Source: Pyrococcus sp. ST04 (GTDB lineage: Archaea > Methanobacteriota_B > Thermococci > Thermococcales > Thermococcaceae). From it: a stretch of 24,000 nt of DNA. The notes beneath the pieces were generated by a model, which saw nothing but the letters and a program-made list of their open reading frames with translations, did not search any database and was not told where the DNA came from. The first letter of the stretch is position 1. Each line of letters opens with the position of its first letter. The position numbers and the translations under genes were made by a program. The stretch lies in assembly GCF_000263735.1 (NCBI RefSeq), contig NC_017946.1, forward strand, positions 141,348-165,347, read 5' to 3'. Below are positions 10,869 to 17,180 of this stretch, piece by piece.

Positions 10869-11757
10869 AAAGGACGGCAAAATAGCATTGCCCTTCTCGA
10901 GAGGCATCCTCACCAGGTCAATAACATCCGTGGGAATAGACGTTGATCTCGCATACGCAATAGCAATAGAGGTTCAGGAAGAACTAAAGAAGGGAGGCAA
11001 AACCATTGTAACGAAAGACGAGATAAGAAGGCTGACTTATCAAAAATTAATAGAGAAGGGGTTCAAGGAAGAAGCAAGAAGGTATCTATTCTGGAGAAGA
11101 TTCAGAAAGATGAAAATCCCATTAATAATTCTCCTCGGCGGCCCGACTGGAGTTGGAAAGTCAACAATAGCCACAGAGCTAGCCTTCAGACTTGGAATAA
11201 GAAGCGTGATAGGAACGGATACAATAAGAGAGGTCATGAGAAAAATAATAACACCAGAACTCCTTCCAACAATTCACACATCAACATTCCTCGCATGGAA
11301 AGAGCTCAAAGGAACAGTCGAAGGTTCCCCAATAATAGCGGGATTTGAAAGCCAGGTAAGTGCAGTAACAGTTGGAATAAACGCCGTGATCCAAAGGGCA
11401 AGAAGAGAAGGGCTTAACGCCATAATAGAGGGGATCCACGTTGTCCCTGGCTTCGTCGACATGAAGCACGAGATGACGTTCATGTATATGATAGTTGCAA
11501 AAAGTAGAGAAGACCTGGAAGCTAGGTTCTACGAAAGAACGAGATACAGCAAAAGATCCGCAGAGTACTACATCTCACACTTAGATTCCATAATGGAAAT
11601 CCAAGAGTACCTAATAGGAAAGGCCAGAGAGCATAACGTACCAATAATAGAGAACATCGAACTTGAAAGCACGATAGCAAAAATAATGCAGGACATAATG
11701 GAAAAAACACTCGAAATTATGAAGAAAAAAGGCCTCGACATGTTAGAGGAACCTTAG
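10852..11757 (+). CDS. 2-phosphoglycerate kinase-like protein (N-terminal ATP-cone-like segment plus P-loop kinase)
   Basis: 301 aa. It has the Walker A motif [11 protein letters not shown]. The N-terminal ~90 aa are ATP-cone-like ([11 protein letters not shown]...DEIRRL). It is paired with the cpgS-like gene. Confidence 0.65.
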   Translation: MIRVVEKDGKIALPFSRGILTRSITSVGIDVDLAYAIAIEVQEELKKGGKTIVTKDEIRRLTYQKLIEKGFKEEARRYLFWRRFRKMKIPLIILLGGPTGVGKSTIATELAFRLGIRSVIGTDTIREVMRKIITPELLPTIHTSTFLAWKELKGTVEGSPIIAGFESQVSAVTVGINAVIQRARREGLNAIIEGIHVVPGFVDMKHEMTFMYMIVAKSREDLEARFYERTRYSKRSAEYYISHLDSIMEIQEYLIGKAREHNVPIIENIELESTIAKIMQDIMEKTLEIMKKKGLDMLEEP

Positions 11758-12450
11758 GGACACGTCACCATAAATCACGGCCTTCTTACTGCCATCCTCA
11801 AGTCTAACAATGAGCCTCCCATAATCATCAACATCCTCAGCAACTCCAACTACTTCACCATCCCCCACAACCTTCACCGGAACACCCAGTATCATTAACT
11901 CCCTAGCCAGCTCAAGGATCGTTCTTGGAGATTCCATGAAAACCTTATACAGCTCATCAAGGTTCTCTATCAACGATTTGAATACATTGGTCAAAGCAAG
12001 CTCAGACCCAAGATAAAGTTTCATCGAAGTTCCATTCTCAGGAGCATCGTTGTTAACATTGAGACCTATCCCTAAGATAACTCTTTTTCCCTTTTTTTCG
12101 ACAAGTATCCCGGCTATTTTCTTAAAATCAACAAGAACATCGTTTGGCCACTTTATCCTTGCTGGTACTGAAAATTCCTCAAGGGTCCTAACAACGGCCA
12201 CCGCGCCCAGGAAAGTTATCTTGGGTAGGTCTTCCATGGAAACATTAGGTTGCAAGATAACACTAAGCCACAAGCCTCCCCTAGGAGATTCCCATTTCCT
12301 GTTTAATCTTCCATGTCCACTGATCTGGACATCGGCCACTATCACAGTCCCCTCTTCAAACTTCTCGGACTTAGCTACATCGTTTGTTGAAGAAATTTCC
12401 TGAAAGTAAACAACTTTTTTCCCAATGAGAGAGGTTTTTAGTCCGAGCAT
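11743..12450 (-). CDS. birA: Biotin--[acetyl-CoA-carboxylase] ligase (biotin protein ligase, no N-terminal repressor domain)
   Basis: 235 aa, the same length and close in sequence to the crystallised P. horikoshii biotin protein ligase (MLGLKTS...). The [17 protein letters not shown] biotin/ATP-binding loop is present. Its 3' end overlaps the convergent 2PGK-like gene by 15 nt. Confidence 0.9.
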   Translation of the reverse strand: MLGLKTSLIGKKVVYFQEISSTNDVAKSEKFEEGTVIVADVQISGHGRLNRKWESPRGGLWLSVILQPNVSMEDLPKITFLGAVAVVRTLEEFSVPARIKWPNDVLVDFKKIAGILVEKKGKRVILGIGLNVNNDAPENGTSMKLYLGSELALTNVFKSLIENLDELYKVFMESPRTILELARELMILGVPVKVVGDGEVVGVAEDVDDYGRLIVRLEDGSKKAVIYGDVSLRFL

Positions 12451-12470
12451 ATATTAAAATGACCGCAAGG

Positions 12471-12480
12471 TTTATAAAAA
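12471..12480. promoter_or_regulatory. TATA box (TTTATAAAAA) placed to serve both the tRNA operon (+) and birA (-)
   Basis: The TATA lies about 28-37 nt upstream of tRNA-Phe nucleotide 1 (12508). On the other strand (TTTTTATAAA) it lies about 21-30 nt upstream of the birA ATG (12450), which would make birA leaderless. Confidence 0.5.
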
Positions 12481-12507
12481 TCCTCCTTCACCATAACTTT
12501 CGAGGGT

Positions 12508-12584
12508 GGGGCGGTAGCTCAGCCTGGGAGAGCACCGGACTGAAGATCCGGGTGTCGGGGGTTCAAATCCCCCCCGCCCCACCA
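12508..12584 (+). tRNA. tRNA-Phe (anticodon GAA), genomically encoded CCA
   Basis: I folded the cloverleaf by hand. The acceptor stem is GGGGCGG/CCGCCCC. The anticodon arm is CCGGA-CTGAAGA-TCCGG. The T arm is GGGGG-TTCAAAT-CCCCC. The discriminator is A, followed by CCA. Confidence 0.95.
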
Positions 12585-12590
12585 GCAAGT

Positions 12591-12668
12591 GCGGTGGTAG
12601 TCTAGCCTGGTCTAGGACGCCGGCCTTCCGAGCCGGCGACCCGGGTTCAAATCCCGGCCACCGCACCA
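12591..12668 (+). tRNA. tRNA-Gly (anticodon UCC), genomically encoded CCA
   Basis: The acceptor stem is GCGGTGG/CCACCGC. The anticodon arm is CCGGC-CTTCCGA-GCCGG. The T arm is CCGGG-TTCAAAT-CCCGG. The discriminator is A, followed by CCA. It starts 6 nt after tRNA-Phe, so the two are probably co-transcribed. Confidence 0.95.
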
Positions 12669-12670
12669 CA

Positions 12671-12698
12671 ATTTTCAAAACAACATCATTTTCTTCCA
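12671..12698 (+). terminator. T-tracts after the tRNA pair (putative terminator)
   Basis: ATTTTC and CATTTTCTTCC follow directly after tRNA-Gly. Confidence 0.3.
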
Positions 12699-13240
12699 GA
12701 ATTGCACTCTTTTAGGGATTCTATTGTTAAAAGTAAACTGAACAGGAGTGTACATGTCCTCGAATTTTTTCGGTTTTTGGTGTTTTGGGTTGTTTTTAGT
12801 TTTACTCTTCTCTAAGCCCTTTACTTCAAAATTAACTCCTCGAGAGTGGATTGGAGGGCTTTAGTAATCAATCGTTAGAATATTACAATCCGTAATAATT
12901 AATCCAAAAAACCATCACGAAATTTTTTCAAAATTTTTAGTAGAACCACTAGAACCCTCCAAAAACCCTAAACATTATGGAAACCTAGAGTTTTAGAGAA
13001 CACTCTACCCTCACGCCCGGATTTTGAGTTTACTCTTATGATTGACCATTGGAGTTTAACACTATTCAAAACTTACTTGAGGGTAGAGGATTCACAAGGC
13101 GTTGTTTTGGATGATAGAACGGTTTAGAGTTCTCTTCTCTAGGCATTCATCCAACTCTAAAAAGCCCCCCTCACAAAAACCTTATAAAAAATCAAGGCAG
13201 GAAAATACTACAAAAACAAAAAACACCAAAAAAGCCCCCT
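12699..13240 (+). promoter_or_regulatory. CRISPR leader (non-coding, AT-rich, about 540 bp)
   Basis: There is no credible ORF here. The region lies immediately upstream of repeat 1, in the orientation that yields crRNAs with the ATTGAAAG 5' tag. It contains a TATA-like element about 50 nt before repeat 1 and several internal repeats (see findings). Confidence 0.8.
13181..13192 (+). promoter_or_regulatory. Putative leader promoter TATA box (CTTATAAAAAAT) preceded by an A-rich BRE-like CACAAAAAC
   Basis: This is the best TATA-like match in the leader, 49-60 nt upstream of the first repeat (13241). The predicted transcription start is near 13210-13215. Confidence 0.45.
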
Positions 13241-14633
13241 GTTCCAATAAGACTATAAGAGAATTGAAAGCAAGAGGATCCAGAAGCCAGCTGATGAGCG
13301 TCTCTGGGTTCCAGTTCCAATAAGACTATAAGAGAATTGAAAGGGGGCTGTTAAAAGGGCTGAAAAAGAGGCTATGGGGGTTCCAATAAGACTATAAGAG
13401 AATTGAAAGATTCGCCAGAAAAGCCGAAGAAGAACTCAAAACCTTCGTTCCAATAAGACTATAAGAGAATTGAAAGCTCTTAAACTGACTTATTATCTCA
13501 GATTTGGCTCCAGGTTCCAATAAGACTATAAGAGAATTGAAAGTATTTTCAACAAATAAGACATAGAAAGCAAGAGCTTTATGTTCCAATAAGACTATAA
13601 GAGAATTGAAAGGAACTGTGCTGGCTCGGAGAGCTTCTTGCGGCCGGCGGTTCCAATAAGACTATAAGAGAATTGAAAGTGGGCTCGATTTCATCCCATG
13701 GGGGCTACTGATAATCGTTCCAATAAGACTATAAGAGAATTGAAAGAGGGCTGTTCGTAGACTACTGGACGGGCCGCCTTTGCGTTCCAATAAGACTATA
13801 AGAGAATTGAAAGAACTTCTTACACATTTCATCAAATTCAGCAAATTTTGAGTTCCAATAAGACTAAAAAAGAATTGAAAGGTGGAATCCTATCAATTTT
13901 CGTTCGCGGAGGCTCTAGTTCCAATAAGACTAAAAAAGAATTGAAAGTCATAGATAAGGGATTCTCCCTCATGGTATCTTGTCATGTTCCAATAAGACTA
14001 AAAAAGAATTGAAAGCTCTTCCTTACCAGTCTGTCTGTCCTTGTAGACCGCCCGTTCCAATAAGACTAAAAAAAGAATTGAAAGCCAGGTGTTGGAGGAG
14101 ATGGGGAGGGCTTCTTTAGGGGTTCCAATAAGACTAAAAAAGAATTGAAAGTCAAGTTGCTACCCAAGTCTTGTATCACTCCAAGACCGTTCCAATAAGA
14201 CTAAAAAAGAATTGAAAGGAGTTACTCTCAGTGTCCTGGACATCCACTGCAATCAGTTCCAATAAGACTATAAGAGAATTGAAAGTCCCACTTGGGTGGA
14301 CACTTGGAGGCAAAACGGTAAAGTTCCAATAAGACTATAAGAGAATTGAAAGTTGGAACGAACACAGCAACGCTAATCTCAGTGCCCTTACTGACATCAC
14401 TGTTCCAATAAGACTATAAGAGAATTGAAAGAGGCCCTGAGCCTTACGAACTGCTTGCCATTAACCTCGTTCCAATAAGGCTAAAAAAGAATTGAAAGAT
14501 ACAGACTAATAGCCGACGTGGGCGACGGGCTGTTGTTCCAATAAGACTAAAAAAGAATTGAAAGAACATCGTTCACTCTCACCTTCTTGTTAAACTCCTC
14601 GTCGTTCCAATAAGACTATAAGAGAATTGAAAG
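13241..14633 (+). CRISPR. CRISPR array: 21 repeats of 30 nt (one of 31) and 20 spacers, Pyrococcus-type repeat
   Basis: Repeat starts: 13241, 13314, 13380, 13447, 13514, 13583, 13650, 13717, 13784 (variant A, GTTCCAATAAGACTATAAGAGAATTGAAAG). Then 13852, 13918, 13986, 14054 (31 nt, extra A), 14122, 14189 (variant B, GTTCCAATAAGACTAAAAAAGAATTGAAAG). Then 14256, 14323, 14402 (A); 14469 (B with A12G), 14535 (B); 14604 (A). Spacers are 36-39 nt, except spacer 1 (43 nt) and spacer 17 (49 nt). The leader lies on the 5' side. Confidence 0.98.
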
Positions 14634-15140
14634 TTGAATGTGGTGGGGATCGTGAAAGTCAAATTGTTGATATACGGTGACAAGGACAAGATTAAAATTC
14701 TACGTGAAAAACTGAAGGGCATCAGTTCAATAACGTCAGTGAATATTGGTGTTGACATTACTAAACTCGTCGTTGACGTCTATGAGATGATAAACTCGCA
14801 TGTTAATTTGGACGAAATTCTTGAAAGTGTTTTTGGTGAGTTGTGTGAGAACAACGTATTGTGCAACGTTTGTGATTTTAGTGGTGTTTTGGAATTTGTA
14901 AAAGTCAGTGTTGAGAAATGGAATGGGGAGAGGGTCGTTGTCGTCAGGCCCGTTGTTGATGGTGTTCTTGGTGAGTGCATCCTGTATGACCTTGCGTGTG
15001 AATTAATGTTAGAGGATTATATTATTGAGGATTATAACGGTGGTTCTGATGCAATTGTTATTTTTGAAGACGACGTGTTCCCTTCCTCTCTTAATGAGGT
15101 CGCCGAAGATATTATCAAGATGTTGAAAAGTTTTGGTTGA
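14634..15140 (+). CDS. Hypothetical acidic protein encoded inside the CRISPR array (no family recognised)
   Basis: This 168-codon ORF is the only long ORF in the 515-bp segment between repeat 21 and the degenerate repeat 22. It opens at the first base after the repeat (TTG), with in-frame GTG at 14640, 14643 and 14652. The first in-frame ATG is codon 52. I count about 30 D/E against 15 K/R. The coding strand is G+T-rich and C-poor (6 C in 14821-14940). A stop-free run of this length in ~40% GC DNA is unlikely by chance. Start site and expression are unknown. Confidence 0.5.
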   Translation: MNVVGIVKVKLLIYGDKDKIKILREKLKGISSITSVNIGVDITKLVVDVYEMINSHVNLDEILESVFGELCENNVLCNVCDFSGVLEFVKVSVEKWNGERVVVVRPVVDGVLGECILYDLACELMLEDYIIEDYNGGSDAIVIFEDDVFPSSLNEVAEDIIKMLKSFG

Positions 15141-15148
15141 CATGTGTT

Positions 15149-15180
15149 GTTCTAATAAGACTATAACAGAATTGTGAAAG
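15149..15180 (+). repeat. Degenerate terminal CRISPR repeat (32 nt)
   Basis: GTTCTAATAAGACTATAACAGAATTGTGAAAG differs from variant A by C5T, G19C and a 2-nt insertion (TG) in the ATTGAAAG tag. It is in the same orientation as the array, 515 bp after repeat 21. Confidence 0.85.
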
Positions 15181-15245
15181 CCAAGAAAATTTAGAAAGAG
15201 GAACAGTAAAGAAAAATAAGTTGAAAAGTATAGTTAGATTTTAGG

Positions 15246-15665
15246 GTGAACGAGATGGACATGCGGGCTCCAATTAAGGTTTACATGACAAAGAAGCTTC
15301 TGGGCGTTAAGCCAAATACAACAGTTCAGGAAGCCTCAAGAATTATGATGGAGTTCGAGGTCGGGTCGCTAGTTGTTGTGGATGACCATGGCAACGTAAT
15401 AGGCTTCTTCACCAAAAGTGACGTTCTAAGGAGGGTCATAGTCCCGGGGCTACCCTATGATACTCCAGTAAGGGAGATAATGACAAAAAATCTGATAACG
15501 GTGGATTCAAATACGCCACTTGGTGAAGTTCTAAAGAAGATGGCTGAGCACAGAATCAAGCACATTCTTGTAGAGGAGGAAGGGAAGATTGTGGGGATAT
15601 TCACACTGAGTGACCTTCTTGAGGCCAGCAGAAGAAGGCTTGAAACAGCAATTTCAACGGAGTGA
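15246..15665 (+). CDS. CBS domain-pair protein
   Basis: 139 aa with two CBS-type motifs (VKVYMTKKLLGVKP...VVDDHGNVIGFFTKSDVLRRV and VREIMTKNLITVDSNTPL...ILVEEEGKIVGIFTLSDLL). The GTG start at 15246 is uncertain; in-frame ATGs at 15255 and 15261 are alternatives. It sits 6 nt upstream of the phosphoesterase gene. Confidence 0.85.
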   Translation: MNEMDMRAPIKVYMTKKLLGVKPNTTVQEASRIMMEFEVGSLVVVDDHGNVIGFFTKSDVLRRVIVPGLPYDTPVREIMTKNLITVDSNTPLGEVLKKMAEHRIKHILVEEEGKIVGIFTLSDLLEASRRRLETAISTE

Positions 15666-15671
15666 TGACTT

Positions 15672-17180
15672 ATGCTCATAGCCCACATAAGCGACACCCA
15701 CATAACAAATGAAGTTGCATTCAAGTCATATGCTTTTGATTTGATAGCAAACGAGATAAACACTGGCCCATTTGACCTTGTAATTCATACGGGGGACGTC
15801 ACAAACAATGGCCTTAGGGAGGAGTACGAGCATGCAAGCTACTTAATAAGGAAGATAGAGAAACCGCTAATAGTTGTGCCAGGGAACCATGACGCAAGGA
15901 ACGTTGGCTATGAGCTATTTGAGAAGTACATAGGGCCGCTGTTTGGGGCTTATGAGTTCGATAATGGCGTAGTAATATGGGTCGACTCAACGATTCCCGA
16001 CCTAAGCGACGGAAGAATAGGGGGATATAAGTTCAGATGGCTCAAGGCAAAGCTTGAGGAGTACAGCCATAAGAAAATCAAGATCGTCGCGGCCCACCAC
16101 CATCTAGTCCCTCTACCTGACACTGGTAGGGAGAGAAACGTTCTTTTTAATGCAGGTGACGTTTTAGATCTTCTGCTAAGCCACGAGGTCACGCTCTACA
16201 TGTGCGGCCACAAGCACGTCCCCAATGTTTACAAGGTGGAGGACTTAGTGGTGGATAATGCCGGATGCACTTCATGCAGGAAAACCAGAAAGGGGGATGT
16301 AAACAGTTACAACATCGTGAAGATAACCGAGAGGGGCGTCAAGGTTAAGATAAGGCGGGTAACTGGAGAAGAAAGGGAGAAGGAGCACAGACCTATAAGG
16401 CCAAAAATATTCATACCGAAAGGAAAGAGAATTCTAAGAATAGTCCAAGTTAGTGAAAGCAATGTCTCGGATAGGAGATACTTCAGGAGGAAAGTTCTTG
16501 AAAACGCAATAAACGCAATAAATGAAAAGTACAAGCCAGATATAGTAATACACTGTGGTGACGTTGTGGAGAAAGGGATAGAGAGGCATTACGAGATGGC
16601 ACTGGAGTTCTATGAGAAGGTCAAGGCCGAGAAGTTGATAGTTCCCGGGCATAATGATATTACATACCTTGGATATGACCTCTTCAGAGAGTACTTTGGG
16701 GAGCCTGAGGTCATAGAAAAGGGGGACTTCGTGTTTATTCCAATCCTCTCGGCCCAGTACGAGACTCCGATAGGGGTTGTGGGGAGAATAGGGCAAAAGG
16801 TATTGAAGGGACTGCTGGAGGAGTTTAGAGAGAAGTTTAGGATAGTGGTTATGCACCACAACCTTGTTCCGGTGCCAAGGGCAAGGGAGATTGGATACTT
16901 GGAAGATGCCGGAAACGTTCTGAAGATAATCACCGATGAAGAGACGGAGTTGACCCTAACTGGACATGGAGGAAATTCTCATGCAGTAAAGGTCGAAAAA
17001 ACTCCCATAATAAATGCTGGTAGCATAAGCTGGGAGCTTCATAGGAATCCCTTTGGAAACAGCTTCAACTTAATTGACATATACGAAGATATGGTAATGG
17101 CCTTTGAGGTTCAGGCAACATGGGGAAGCAGGAAGTTGCTGGGGATGTGGAAGATAAAGGGGGAGGTTCCTTGGTTATAG
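15672..17180 (+). CDS. Tandem-domain metallophosphoesterase (calcineurin-like), with degenerate metal motifs in the second domain
   Basis: Domain 1 has the full motif set: ISDTH (DxH), GDVTNNG (GDxxxxG), GNHD, AAHHH and CGHKH. Domain 2 (from about aa 255) has VSESN in place of DxH, then HCGDVVEKG, PGHND, MHHN and TGHGGNSH. Confidence 0.85.
   Translation: MLIAHISDTHITNEVAFKSYAFDLIANEINTGPFDLVIHTGDVTNNGLREEYEHASYLIRKIEKPLIVVPGNHDARNVGYELFEKYIGPLFGAYEFDNGVVIWVDSTIPDLSDGRIGGYKFRWLKAKLEEYSHKKIKIVAAHHHLVPLPDTGRERNVLFNAGDVLDLLLSHEVTLYMCGHKHVPNVYKVEDLVVDNAGCTSCRKTRKGDVNSYNIVKITERGVKVKIRRVTGEEREKEHRPIRPKIFIPKGKRILRIVQVSESNVSDRRYFRRKVLENAINAINEKYKPDIVIHCGDVVEKGIERHYEMALEFYEKVKAEKLIVPGHNDITYLGYDLFREYFGEPEVIEKGDFVFIPILSAQYETPIGVVGRIGQKVLKGLLEEFREKFRIVVMHHNLVPVPRAREIGYLEDAGNVLKIITDEETELTLTGHGGNSHAVKVEKTPIINAGSISWELHRNPFGNSFNLIDIYEDMVMAFEVQATWGSRKLLGMWKIKGEVPWL

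Noticed and set aside
12472-12678. 68-aa minus-strand ORF
   Set aside because: It lies entirely antisense to the two hand-folded tRNA genes (Phe-GAA and Gly-UCC). Its G/P/R-rich translation is an artefact of GC-rich tRNA stems.
12719-12753. Possible decayed CRISPR repeat on the minus strand (GTTCAGTTTACTTTTAACAATAGAATCCCTAAAAG) next to the inverted A-rich leader element, hinting at a lost divergent array
   Set aside because: Only the GTTC start, an AGAAT core and the AAAG end match the real repeat. The element is 35 nt long with many mismatches, and the match is not distinguishable from chance by eye. I keep it only as a note for anyone aligning paralogous leaders.
13102-13323. 73-aa plus-strand ORF, Lys/Ser/Thr-rich
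   Set aside because: It runs through the A-rich leader, across the predicted leader promoter and into CRISPR repeats 1-2. The sequence is low-complexity, so it is not a plausible gene.
13392-13844. Two minus-strand ORFs (65 and 60 aa) within the array
   Set aside because: Both contain the repeated peptide FNSLIVLLE, which is just the translated CRISPR repeat. They are artefacts of the array.
13271-14603. Self-targeting spacers (a spacer matching another part of this window)
   Set aside because: I saw no spacer match to the flanking genes or to the embedded ORF by eye. Spacers 2 and 8 share only GGGCTGTT (8 nt), which is probably chance. A real check needs BLASTN of all 20 spacers against the genome and mobile elements.
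14780-14980. 66-aa minus-strand ORF inside the array-embedded segment
   Set aside because: It lies antisense to the longer 168-codon ORF, and its T/S/P-rich translation reflects the complement of a G/T-rich coding strand. The plus-strand ORF is the better candidate.
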